NCBI GenBank assembly: GCA_938084645.1
Contig: CALKEP010000004.1
Coordinates: forward strand, 32,001 to 96,000
Length of the DNA stretch: 64,000 nt
Direction: 5' to 3'
Source: an uncultured Phycisphaerales bacterium
Lineage (GTDB): Bacteria; Planctomycetota; Phycisphaerae; Phycisphaerales; SM1A02
A program made the position numbers and the translations under genes. Within the stretch, counting starts at the first letter, position 1; each line of letters opens with the position of its first letter. The notes under the pieces were generated by a model. The model was given only the letters and a program-made list of their open reading frames with translations. It had not been told where the DNA came from and did not search any database. Shown here piece after piece: positions 28,962 through 38,236 of this stretch.

Positions 28962-29580
28962 CTCGGTACTTCCAATTGTTGATGGTGGAAACGCTCACGC
29001 CGAGTGCGACTGCTGCCTGCTCGTAACTCAGTCCTCGACACACGATCAAACGAATTGCGGCCTGTTCATTGTCCGTCAGGTTTCGCAGGGCTGCTGCAAG
29101 CGTCCCGGCGTGGACTCGGGTGATCTCCGAGCTCCCGACACCCCCATCCACACGTCGATCGGCTCGGACCTCGAACCGACCTTCTTCATCGGCGGCCAGC
29201 CGACGCCCGCCCTGGCGGCCCACCGCCTCCAGCATCCGTCGCGAACGCCGTTCCTGGTGATACCCCTTGCGAACGAGGTTTTCACCCACACGGAAGAGGT
29301 AACTCACGGTGATCTCGCGCGTTTCAAGATTTTCGAGACGAAGGAGCCGAAAAAAGACCTCCTGAACCACGTCCTCGGCACGCTCCGGCCCGATCAGACG
29401 TCGAATGAAGGCCCCGAGCGGTCTGTGATGCTGCTTGTAGAGCGAACGCACCATGGCCCGCCGGGCCTCCGGAACCGCTGTCGGACCGATGCTGGAGGTG
29501 GCGGCGTCAGCCGCCCTCGTGCGAGCTTGCACCGTCTTCGCGGATGCTTCACGATTCAAGACAAGTGGTTCGGTGTTCAT
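28747..29580 (-). CDS. ECF-type sigma-70 RNA polymerase sigma factor
   Basis: region 2 'AEDVVQEVFFRL', region 4 'GLSYEQAAVALGVSVSTINNWKYRG'; start uncertain (29637/29580). Confidence 0.85.
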   Translation of the reverse strand: MNTEPLVLNREASAKTVQARTRAADAATSSIGPTAVPEARRAMVRSLYKQHHRPLGAFIRRLIGPERAEDVVQEVFFRLLRLENLETREITVSYLFRVGENLVRKGYHQERRSRRMLEAVGRQGGRRLAADEEGRFEVRADRRVDGGVGSSEITRVHAGTLAAALRNLTDNEQAAIRLIVCRGLSYEQAAVALGVSVSTINNWKYRGVKKLQQFCRADSDPSGRSDRGDQFRMGARPDAHRRNRSKPDSNPESPRDPREPARRSDHVHGRRRFGRVG

Positions 29581-29922
29581 GTGAAACGTGGTCCTTCCCG
29601 AATCATCGATGCCGACCTGAGTCGCCTTGCGGGCCACTCGAACGAGAAGGCTCGACCGACACCGGATCCGTGGCGGCGACTGTACGCCTGCATCCGGGAG
29701 GTTCTCGTCGATCCCGCCCTTTTTCGGGTGAATCGATGGCCCGCGTCGGCGGTGTGATTCCTACAACCCTCCCAGGTGGCCCTCAGCCCCGAGAAACAGG
29801 CTTCTGGCGATCAAAAAGAGGGTTTCTGACGCTGTTCAGGGCCCGAACAAGCCCAGATCCTCGGCCGCGGACGTCCGATGAGGCAGATCTCGCCGAAGCC
29901 CTGCGGCAAGATGCCGTCCGGT

Positions 29923-30480
29923 TCACCCGGCCGCGTTGTCGGCCCGAGGAAGCCCGTCGAGCACCCCCTGGTACCGCTGGGCCCCGATCGCCTGCAGTGC
30001 TTCAAGCAGTTCGGTCGTGCCTTGGTCGAAGGTACGGCCATCCGCCTTGATCTCGAACTTCCGCCGAACACCCTTGAGTCGAAGGTCGACCTCGAGCAGG
30101 CGAGGCCCGCTCGACGTGGTCGGCGGCATGAAGTCCGGGGCAAGCCAGCCGATGTCCTCGATCACCTTGGTGAGGGTGCGTTGGACGTCCTTCGGAAACG
30201 GCAGTTCGATGGGCGTCTCGCCCTCGTGGGCTTCGCGGCCCCCACCGTAGAAGAAACGACCGTCCGCCCGCCATTTGTAGAGGGCGTAGCGTTGCTCCTC
30301 GCCATCGGCATCGAGCAGAAGGAGCTTGATCGCCTGCTGATTGGTTTCGCTGGGAGCGGTGTCCGCACCACCGGGCCCGACGCAACCGACAAGCAGCATC
30401 GCCGCGCACAGGAACATCGCCCCCTGCAACTCGGGGGTCCGTCGGCCGAGGCATGCCCTGACAAGGCTCGTGCTTCGCAT
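29923..30480 (-). CDS. hypothetical lipoprotein
   Basis: lipobox LVGC; start overlaps the upstream stop. Confidence 0.6.
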   Translation of the reverse strand: MRSTSLVRACLGRRTPELQGAMFLCAAMLLVGCVGPGGADTAPSETNQQAIKLLLLDADGEEQRYALYKWRADGRFFYGGGREAHEGETPIELPFPKDVQRTLTKVIEDIGWLAPDFMPPTTSSGPRLLEVDLRLKGVRRKFEIKADGRTFDQGTTELLEALQAIGAQRYQGVLDGLPRADNAAG

Positions 30481-31163
30481 CAGGTGTCTCCCTTCGCGGG
30501 ATTCCGGTATCGAGCCCAGGGGTCCGGACCGAAGTCGTAGCGTTCGGGGAAATCGATCGAGTCGTTCGGCGGATCATCGAAGGCCCAGGCCAGCGCCGCG
30601 AGGCGTCGGAGCGCCGATCGCATGCGGGCGTCTTCCATCGCCGCGGCCGCGGCCGGCGTGGTGTCCGGTGGAATCTCGAACCGGCGGACGATCGCCCAGT
30701 CCCGCCCACCACGCTGCAGGGCGAGGATCTGGATGATCTCGTCGTCGGCTGGAACGAGCCGACCGAGGTTGCCGTCGTAGTCACCGACCACCGGATCGCC
30801 GAATCCGAGTTCGTCGAGGCCCCGCCAGAGTTCCTCGAGCTGGGCGCGGTAAAGGTGCCGAGCCACGCCGGGACGATCATCGACCCGAAGGTCGGCCCCG
30901 ACATCGGCCCGCAGCACCCCGTCCGGCAGGATGATGGCCCGGGCGGGTCGGAATTGGACCGGCCAGGCCCCCGGATCCCGCCGGATCCGCCGGCCGAGGT
31001 CGTCTCCCACCAGAACCGTCGCATCGATCACCGCGTCCGCCGGAACCGCCCCCTCGGTCGAGGCCGGTGGCGAACTGCATGCCGCGGCCACCAGCAGCGG
31101 GAGGCACGTGGCGAGGAGGCGAAGGCGAAGCGTCGATCGAGATCTCGAACCGGAAAGCGACAT
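30480..31163 (-). CDS. hypothetical lipoprotein
   Basis: lipobox AAAC; coding-like codon bias; TACTTT 6 nt before ATG. Confidence 0.65.
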   Translation of the reverse strand: MSLSGSRSRSTLRLRLLATCLPLLVAAACSSPPASTEGAVPADAVIDATVLVGDDLGRRIRRDPGAWPVQFRPARAIILPDGVLRADVGADLRVDDRPGVARHLYRAQLEELWRGLDELGFGDPVVGDYDGNLGRLVPADDEIIQILALQRGGRDWAIVRRFEIPPDTTPAAAAAMEDARMRSALRRLAALAWAFDDPPNDSIDFPERYDFGPDPWARYRNPAKGDT

Positions 31164-31228
31164 GCATGGAAAGTAGCAGGCCCGTTCGAGGTCCGCCGGG
31201 ATCCTCGACGGGGTACCCTCCTCGAATC

Positions 31229-33295
31229 ATGCGAACGAGCATCAACTGGCTGAACGACTATCTCGACCCCCCCCTGGACGCGGCGACCCAGGCCGACCTC
31301 CTCACCGCGGCCGGATTCCCCTTCGACGGGGAGGACATCGCCGAGAACGGCGAACCGTGGCAGGAGATCGAGACCACGAGCAACCGAGGCGACTGCCTCT
31401 GCCACCTCGGCCTCGCCCGGGAGGCGGCCCTGCTCGGCGGTTCCGGTCTCAAGACGCCTCGGGCGGACCTGCCTTCGGGTGGTCCACCCGTCGCCGACGT
31501 CGTCGAGATCCGCAATCTCGACCCCGACCGCTGCCCGCTCTACACCGCGCGGGTGATTCGCGGCGTCAAGGTCGGACCGAGTCCGGACTGGCTGCAACGA
31601 CGCCTCGTCGCGATCGGACTCGTCCCTCGGAACAATCTCGTCGACGCCACGAACTTCGTCCTCTTCGAGTACGGCCAGCCCACCCACGTCTTCGATCTCG
31701 CCACGGTGCGCGGTGATCGGATCGAGATCCGTCCCGCTCGCGACGCCGAGCCCTTCCTGCCGATCGGCGAGGACGCGAAGCCGATCGAACTCTCGAGCGA
31801 CGATCTCGTGATCGCGGACGCGGAACGGGCGATCGCGATGGCCGGGGTGAAGGGCGGCGCCGAGACCGCCGTCTCCGACTCCACCACCGACATCCTCGTC
31901 GAAGCCGCGACCTTCGATCCCGTCTCGGTTCGAAACACCGCACGGCGTCATCGAATCGCGAGTGACTCGTCCTATCGCTTCGAACGCGGCGTGCATCCGG
32001 CCGAGATCGCGGCCGCCTCCGACCGCCTGGTCGGTCTCATCCTCGAACTCGCGGGCGGCGAACTCTGCGACGGCGTCGTCGCCGACGGCCGTCCGATTCC
32101 CGCCCCCCGCGTGGTGACCATGCGACCCGGGCGTTGTCGCGCGGTGCTGGGGATCGAGATCTCCGACGAGGAGATCCATCGACTCTTCGTGGGCCTCGGC
32201 TTCGATCCGCAGGTCGACGGGGATCGCATCGAATGCACGATCCCACCCCGACGCATCGATCTCGAGCGTGAAGCGGATCTCGTCGAGGAGATCGCCCGCA
32301 CCCACGGTCTCGACGCCCTGCCGGTCGCGGAGACGATCCGCATCCGGGCGGTTCCGCCCCGGCCGACGGACGAAGGTCTCGGCGCGATCCGAGACACCCT
32401 CGTCGGCATGGGCTTCCACGAGGCGGTCACGCACACCCTGATCGCCACCGACGCCGCGGCCGCGTTCCTCGAGACCGGACGAGGCGTGCTCGAGGTCGAA
32501 GACGACCGGGCGGGCGGCGAACCCGTGCTTCGTCCGAGCCTCCTTCCCAGCCTGCTCCGGGTCGCGGCGCACAACCACGACCTCGGCACCACCGAAGTGA
32601 GGCTGTTCGAGACGGCCTCGGTGTTCGATCAGCACGAGGGCGTGCATCGGGAACGCCGACTCCTCGGCCTGGTGGTCGATCCACCGTCCGGCATCGACGC
32701 CCGGGACCGCACCGGCGAGGGGCAGGCGGCATTCGCGGTGCTCCGGACCGTCGTCGATCGCATCGCCCGAATCGTCGGTACCGACCGGGTCGAGGTCGAT
32801 CCCGGCATCGAAGTGGCGGGATGCGAAGCCTCCGCCGCCATCCGTTTCGATGGGCGGGTCGTCGGTTCGATCGGCGTGGTGGACGCGAGGACCGCGGCAC
32901 GCTTCGGTCACGACCGCCCCGTCGTCGCCGCGGAGATCGAACTCGCGCCCGGGGGAATCGCCGACGCCCTCGCGACCTGGCCGCCCGAGAGCGTCGCGGA
33001 GACGCTGCCCGCGTTTCCGGCCATCGATCGGGACCTCACGGTCCTCGTCGAGGAGGCGGTGCGGTGGGCGGACATCGAGGCCGCGATCGATTCGAACCGT
33101 CCGGCATCGCTCGAGGCGATCGAATTCGTCACCGTGTTCCGTGGTCGCAGCCTTCCGGCCGGCCGGAAGGCGGTCACCCTGCGACTGCGATTCCGCGTGA
33201 CCGATCGAACGCTTCGCCACGACGAGATCGATCCGGAGATCGCGACGATCACCACGTCCCTCGCCAGCGGGGTCGGAGGCGAGATCCGCCAATGA
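31229..33295 (+). CDS. pheT: phenylalanine--tRNA ligase beta subunit (short form)
   Basis: 'SINWLNDY', 'TSNRGDCL', 'VDATNFVLFEYGQPTHVFD', 'SSYRFERG', 'DLVEEIAR', FDX-ACB 'FPAIDRDL'. Confidence 0.95.
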   Translation: MRTSINWLNDYLDPPLDAATQADLLTAAGFPFDGEDIAENGEPWQEIETTSNRGDCLCHLGLAREAALLGGSGLKTPRADLPSGGPPVADVVEIRNLDPDRCPLYTARVIRGVKVGPSPDWLQRRLVAIGLVPRNNLVDATNFVLFEYGQPTHVFDLATVRGDRIEIRPARDAEPFLPIGEDAKPIELSSDDLVIADAERAIAMAGVKGGAETAVSDSTTDILVEAATFDPVSVRNTARRHRIASDSSYRFERGVHPAEIAAASDRLVGLILELAGGELCDGVVADGRPIPAPRVVTMRPGRCRAVLGIEISDEEIHRLFVGLGFDPQVDGDRIECTIPPRRIDLEREADLVEEIARTHGLDALPVAETIRIRAVPPRPTDEGLGAIRDTLVGMGFHEAVTHTLIATDAAAAFLETGRGVLEVEDDRAGGEPVLRPSLLPSLLRVAAHNHDLGTTEVRLFETASVFDQHEGVHRERRLLGLVVDPPSGIDARDRTGEGQAAFAVLRTVVDRIARIVGTDRVEVDPGIEVAGCEASAAIRFDGRVVGSIGVVDARTAARFGHDRPVVAAEIELAPGGIADALATWPPESVAETLPAFPAIDRDLTVLVEEAVRWADIEAAIDSNRPASLEAIEFVTVFRGRSLPAGRKAVTLRLRFRVTDRTLRHDEIDPEIATITTSLASGVGGEIRQ

Positions 33296-33951
33296 ACGAA
33301 TCCTCCGCCCACTTCGCCGATGCGACGCTCGGCGCATTCACCGAAGCGCTCGCATCCCGACGATCGGTTCCGGGCGGCGGCGCCGCGGCGGGTTCGATGC
33401 TCGCACACGCCGCCGGGCTGGCGGAGATGGTGATCGCGTTCAGCCACGGCAAGAAGAAGTTCGCCGACTTCGAATCGACGCTCGCCGAGGCGGCGGGCCG
33501 ACTCCGCGGAATCCGCGAGACGGCGCTCGAACTCGCCGACCGGGACGCCCACGCCTTCGAGTCCCTCTCGGCGCTCTGGCCGCTCGAGGCCGACGATCCC
33601 CGACGTCTCGAAGGGTGGCCCGCGGCGGTCGAGGGCGCGATCGAAGCGCCGCATCGACTGGTCATGCACGCGGCGGAGACCGTGGATCTCGCGGCCCGAC
33701 TGGTCGGCCGCACCAGTCGGCTGCTGCGAAGCGATCTCGCGATCGCCGGTCGCCTCGCCGCGGTCGCGGCGGAGGCGGGCCGCTGGAACGTCGAGATGAA
33801 TCTCGACTCCCTCCGCGGGCTCGACCAGGGCGCGGCCCGCGCCCTGGCGATCGAGAACGAAGTCGACACGGCGATCGACCACGCCGTGGACACCGCGAAT
33901 CGAATCGACGAAGCATGTCGCCTCGGTGGCGACCGGCCGATCGTCGACTGA
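33292..33951 (+). CDS. cyclodeaminase/cyclohydrolase family protein (FTCD C-terminal-like)
   Basis: 'ASRRSVPGGGAAAG', 'ADRDAHAF', 'LRSDL', 'NVEMNL'; ATGA overlap with pheT. Confidence 0.85.
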   Translation: MNESSAHFADATLGAFTEALASRRSVPGGGAAAGSMLAHAAGLAEMVIAFSHGKKKFADFESTLAEAAGRLRGIRETALELADRDAHAFESLSALWPLEADDPRRLEGWPAAVEGAIEAPHRLVMHAAETVDLAARLVGRTSRLLRSDLAIAGRLAAVAAEAGRWNVEMNLDSLRGLDQGAARALAIENEVDTAIDHAVDTANRIDEACRLGGDRPIVD

Positions 33952-33974
33952 CGGATGCCTCCAAGGACGACGCC

Positions 33975-34223
33975 ATGGCGGATTCCCGAGACCGGATCGA
34001 AATCGACGGCCTGCACCAGGAAGGGGCTCCGCCACGACGCCCGACGTCGCCTTCGGGAAGCCGGTTCATCATGGTCTGGTTCAAGTGCTGCCATCGGTAC
34101 GGTCGTCTGACCCGGAACGCCGCGGAAACCCGGTACGAGGGACGGTGTCCTCGATGCGGCGGACGGGTCTCCGCCGGGATCGGCGCGGACGGCACCAACC
34201 GCAGGATGTTCGAGGCGCGTTGA
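33975..34223 (+). CDS. small Cys-rich hypothetical protein (CC...CxxC)
   Basis: 82 aa, AAGGA SD; 'WFKCCHRYGRL...YEGRCPRCG'. Confidence 0.7.
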   Translation: MADSRDRIEIDGLHQEGAPPRRPTSPSGSRFIMVWFKCCHRYGRLTRNAAETRYEGRCPRCGGRVSAGIGADGTNRRMFEAR

Positions 34224-34278
34224 CCGTGCCGCTCGTCGTGCGACCGTCTCCCCCCCAGCTCGGATAGGGTGTCCGCCG

Positions 34279-35178
34279 ATGGAACTCCTCGTCCTCTTCG
34301 GCGTCGCCGCCCTCGTCACGATCACCCTCATGGTCGCGGCGACCATGCGCGAGGCCCTTCGTCCCCGTCGACGAACCGCGGGTTGGGCGCTCGCCCGCAG
34401 CCTGCCCTCCGATCCGGGCGAGGTCGACGTTCCGTTCTCCGAATGGACCCTCGACCTTCCCGGTGGCATCCGCCTTCCGGTGTGGGACGTTCCCGGCCTC
34501 CGAGCCGACGGGCCGGTGCTGGTGCTGGTCCACGGGTGGGGACGCTCCCGTCTGACCTGGCTCCCACACCTCGGCGACTGGCGGAGACGTGGATCGCGGG
34601 TGGTGATGCTCGACCTTCGTGGTCACGGGGACGCCGAACCGGACGGCGCTGGCCTCGGCGACACCGATGTCGACGATCTGATCGCGCTCCTGTCCCGTCT
34701 CGACGCCCCGGCCGGGACCCCGGTGGTGGTGGTCGGCCGGAGCCTCGGCGCCACCGTCTCGATCCTCGCCGCCGCCGAGTCGGATCGCATCGACGGGGTC
34801 GTCGCGGTCGCCCCCTACGAGACGCTTCAGGTTCCGCTCCGACAGCGATTGTGGTTGCGCGGGCTCCCGGCCGCTCCCATCGCCTGGCTCGCGGTGCAGG
34901 GCCTTCGGCTGATCGGGAGACGCCCCCGCTCGACCCGCGCCGCGGCGTCGCGGACCACGGTTCCGACGTTGGTGGTCCTCGGCGACCACGACCCGATCAG
35001 CCCCGTCGCCGACGGGGTCGCGATCGGGGACGCCGCCCCCGGCGGCCGAGTCGAGGTCGTCCGTGGCGCCGGCCATGGAAACCACTGGACCCTCGAGCCC
35101 GCCCGACTCGACGACGCGGTCGATGCGTTGATCGCGTCATGCGGACGCGTTCCCGCCACCGCCGCCTCGCGATCATGA
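34279..35178 (+). CDS. alpha/beta hydrolase with N-terminal membrane anchor
   Basis: 'VHGWG', 'DLRGHG', nucleophile 'GRSLG', 'GDHD', 'GAGH'. Confidence 0.9.
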   Translation: MELLVLFGVAALVTITLMVAATMREALRPRRRTAGWALARSLPSDPGEVDVPFSEWTLDLPGGIRLPVWDVPGLRADGPVLVLVHGWGRSRLTWLPHLGDWRRRGSRVVMLDLRGHGDAEPDGAGLGDTDVDDLIALLSRLDAPAGTPVVVVGRSLGATVSILAAAESDRIDGVVAVAPYETLQVPLRQRLWLRGLPAAPIAWLAVQGLRLIGRRPRSTRAAASRTTVPTLVVLGDHDPISPVADGVAIGDAAPGGRVEVVRGAGHGNHWTLEPARLDDAVDALIASCGRVPATAASRS

Positions 35179-35209
35179 AAACGACGCCCCGCCTTGCGGC
35201 GGAGCGTCG
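35177..35209 (-). terminator. intrinsic terminator
   Basis: minus strand CGACGCTCCGCC-GCAA-GGCGGGGCGTCG-TTTT, about 35 nt after the stop of 35244-37022. Confidence 0.8.
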
Positions 35210-35243
35210 ATGCTCGTTCGAATCCTGGAGACGTCGGGCGGAT

Positions 35244-37022
35244 TCAGCCGCCGACGTTCACGGGCGGGAGGAACCACTGTCGGTAGACCCAGCCGGCATC
35301 GTCCGTGGAGAAGCTCCACACCGAGGGGCCGACGTAGCGGGAGAGCTCGAGCGGCGTCATCGTTTCCATGAGGTCGGCCAAGCCGTCCATCAGCTCGCCC
35401 CCGTCGATGGGCATCTCCTGGGCGAACTCGTCCTGCTCGCCGAGCATCGCCATCATCTCGTCCAGGTTTTCACGGCTCGCGGCGTACTGCTCGACGGTGT
35501 CGACGTAGCCCCAACCGACCACGTCACCTCTCGGCATGCGGGCGATCGCGTCGTTGAATCGCCCGAACTCCGCGATCGGATGGTCGGCGGCATCGGCATT
35601 CAGCCCTCGAACGACCTGCTTCACGCCTTCGGCTTCGCCGAGCAGGAGCCAGTTGCCCGCGACGCAGACGCTGGCCGAATCCTCCGGCCCGGTCCAGAGC
35701 GTCTCGCCGAGGAAGTCCCTCGGCTCCATCTCCATGCCGGGCCCGAACATCGCGAGCATGTTCTGGACCTTGTCGGGCGCCGAGGTCGGGATGAGCACCG
35801 TGGTCCCGGTCTTCGAGGCCATGACGTGCATCGCCGGTCCCAGCGACTCGAAGGCCGGCGACAACATGGGGCCGAACTGCTCGAGCATCATGTCCGCTTC
35901 CTCCCCACCCATCGGAATGGCCGCGGAGACCTGGTTCGCGAGCGGCATGAGGCCGGCGAAGTCGAGGTTCATCCGGCCGTAGCCGATCGCTTCCTCGCCG
36001 ATGACCTTCGGCGGCCGGGCGCCGAGACCATCCTGATTTCGAAGCAGTCCGAGCAGGCCGGACTTGTCGCCGGGCATGAGGATGGAGGCGGTCAGCACCA
36101 TCGACGCGGCGGTGGGATCCTCGGGGATCTCGAGCCCGAAGCCGTAGCCGCGGATGTCCCCGAACATCTCGCCGATCATGGGCTGGACCATGCCGAGCGG
36201 CCCCATGAACATCGGGGCCAGAAGATCCTGGAGCGGTCCGGTTCGAAGCAGCACGTAGGCCTCGGGATCCCCGAGCTGACGCATCGAGTTGCGCCAGTCT
36301 TCGGTCCCTGCGAGGACCTTCGCGTCGTCGCCGTCGAAGATCGCGAGGGCGTCGTCGATCGCGAGGAGATCGTTCGCGAACAGCATCCGAGCCCCGTCCT
36401 TCACGACGTACATCGTGTCGAGGTCCGGCGCCATCTCCGAGGGATCCCCGAACATCATCATCATGTCGTCCATCTCGCCGAAGTCGTCGGCCGGGTCATC
36501 TTCCTCCGAGATCTGCTCGAGGATCATGACCTCGCGGCCACGGATCTCCTTGGAGTCGAGATCGATCGAATCGGACTTCCGCCAGCTCTCCATCAGGGAT
36601 TCCATCATCCGGCCGTTGGCGGCGGCCTCCTTGCCCCAGTCCCCGTAACCGAGCACGAAGGCCCGGGACTGCCCCGTCTCCTCGTCCAGATCGGTGTAGA
36701 CCGCGAAGCCGAGGTTCTCCGGCCACTTCATCCCTTCGAGATCCATTCCATCGGCCGCGAGTCCTTCGGAGAGGTCGTCGAGCATCTCACCGAACGAATC
36801 CGCGATCGAGCCCTGGACCGCGTCGGTGCGCCAGAGGGCCCCGAGCGGGTTCTTCTCGAACCGGGCGCACATCTCTCCGCATCCGTCGCCGCCGATGACG
36901 AAGATCGTGCCTTCCGGGGCGAGGTCGGCGATCGTGAAGTCCTCCGCGGCGTGCGCGAGACACGCTCCCGCGGGGATCAAGGTGGCGGCGAAGAACAGGC
37001 TGGTTTGACGTCGGCGATTCAT
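35244..37022 (-). CDS. secreted acidic, Met-rich hypothetical protein (DUF3352-like)
   Basis: signal peptide ending AHA; 592 aa; strong codon bias; family assignment tentative. Confidence 0.7.
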   Translation of the reverse strand: MNRRRQTSLFFAATLIPAGACLAHAAEDFTIADLAPEGTIFVIGGDGCGEMCARFEKNPLGALWRTDAVQGSIADSFGEMLDDLSEGLAADGMDLEGMKWPENLGFAVYTDLDEETGQSRAFVLGYGDWGKEAAANGRMMESLMESWRKSDSIDLDSKEIRGREVMILEQISEEDDPADDFGEMDDMMMMFGDPSEMAPDLDTMYVVKDGARMLFANDLLAIDDALAIFDGDDAKVLAGTEDWRNSMRQLGDPEAYVLLRTGPLQDLLAPMFMGPLGMVQPMIGEMFGDIRGYGFGLEIPEDPTAASMVLTASILMPGDKSGLLGLLRNQDGLGARPPKVIGEEAIGYGRMNLDFAGLMPLANQVSAAIPMGGEEADMMLEQFGPMLSPAFESLGPAMHVMASKTGTTVLIPTSAPDKVQNMLAMFGPGMEMEPRDFLGETLWTGPEDSASVCVAGNWLLLGEAEGVKQVVRGLNADAADHPIAEFGRFNDAIARMPRGDVVGWGYVDTVEQYAASRENLDEMMAMLGEQDEFAQEMPIDGGELMDGLADLMETMTPLELSRYVGPSVWSFSTDDAGWVYRQWFLPPVNVGG

Positions 37023-37113
37023 GGCTTGCTTCCGGTGTGGATGGCGAGGGGGTCGATGATGGTGATTCGCCCGGAACCTCTTTGGGTGGGCGAGGCTGGG
37101 GATTTCGAGCGGT

Positions 37114-38109
37114 TCAGGATCCGGCGGTCGCGTCGTCGAGGATCGCGGGTCCGCCGGGGAGACGCCGCGAGGGCGGCTCGTGGTAGATGTGCCCGCTGTT
37201 CGGATTGGAGCGGTCGTAGGTGAAGGCCTCGCGGTTCCGGACGAAGTCCTTCACGTACCGCGCCGGGATCGCGAATCCGAGCGCCTCGCCACCGACGATC
37301 CCCATGTTGGTGATGCCGATGACCTCGCCGCGGGTGTTGAAGAGCGGTCCACCGCTGTTTCCGGGATTGATCGGAGTGTCGGTCTGCACGTAGGTGAGAC
37401 CGCTGAAGTTCCGCTGGGTCGTGGAGATGACGCCCTGGGTCAGGGTCCGCTCGAGACCGAGCGGGTTGCCGATGGCGAAGACCGGCTGGCCGATGTCGAG
37501 TTTCTCCGCCCCCTGGACCGGCGCGAAGAGGAACGGCTCGTCCTTGGGATTCGTGATGCGGATGAGCGCGAGATCGAGATGGTTGTTGACCGCGACGAGT
37601 TCGACGTCGTCGATGTCGGTGCGCTTCAGCATTCCATCCGGCTGGAGGAACCAGACCGTCGCTCGCAGCGCGGTCTCCCGCTGGACGACATGGGCGTTGG
37701 TGATCGCGTAACCGTCGGGGGAGATGATCACGCCGGATCCCAGACCGCTCGGCGTCGACACCTTGATCACCGCGGGCCCGAGAATCTTCGCGTGCTCCTT
37801 GGGGCTCAACTCGATCGGGTCCACCGCGACGGAGAAGAGCGTGCCGGAGTCGACCGAACGGATCTCCTTGCCGCCCCCCGAGACGATCTCCTCGACCTGG
37901 TCGAGGTCGAAGCTGACCACGGTCGGGCCGACGTCGATCCACACCGACCGATCGTCACGCTTGACGATCGAGCCACGGACCTCCCCGCCGTCCTTGAGAC
38001 GGACGACGTCGGCGCGATCGGCGCCCGGGATCACCGCGTCGGCCCGGGCGGGCGCGAGAAACGCGAGGGTGAGGATCACGAACATGGACGAAACGAGCTT
38101 GCTGGGCAT
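37114..38109 (-). CDS. secreted trypsin-like serine protease (HtrA-like S1C, no PDZ)
   Basis: triad 'TNAHVV', 'DLALI', 'PGNSGGP'; signal peptide ARA. Confidence 0.92.
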   Translation of the reverse strand: MPSKLVSSMFVILTLAFLAPARADAVIPGADRADVVRLKDGGEVRGSIVKRDDRSVWIDVGPTVVSFDLDQVEEIVSGGGKEIRSVDSGTLFSVAVDPIELSPKEHAKILGPAVIKVSTPSGLGSGVIISPDGYAITNAHVVQRETALRATVWFLQPDGMLKRTDIDDVELVAVNNHLDLALIRITNPKDEPFLFAPVQGAEKLDIGQPVFAIGNPLGLERTLTQGVISTTQRNFSGLTYVQTDTPINPGNSGGPLFNTRGEVIGITNMGIVGGEALGFAIPARYVKDFVRNREAFTYDRSNPNSGHIYHEPPSRRLPGGPAILDDATAGS

Positions 38110-38236
38110 CCGAGGACTCCTTGGTCGGGATGGGTACTATAAACCGCTCGGGGGCGTGCATCCGGATTTCCGGCGTCCCGGCATCGCCCCGAGTCTCCCC
38201 TTCAGAGCCCCGCCACCCACCCAAGGCCCTCGATCC

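Noticed and set aside
28717..29757. 346-aa plus-strand ORF over the ECF sigma locus
   Set aside because: Antisense to a gene with clear sigma region 2 and 4 motifs; no motif of its own
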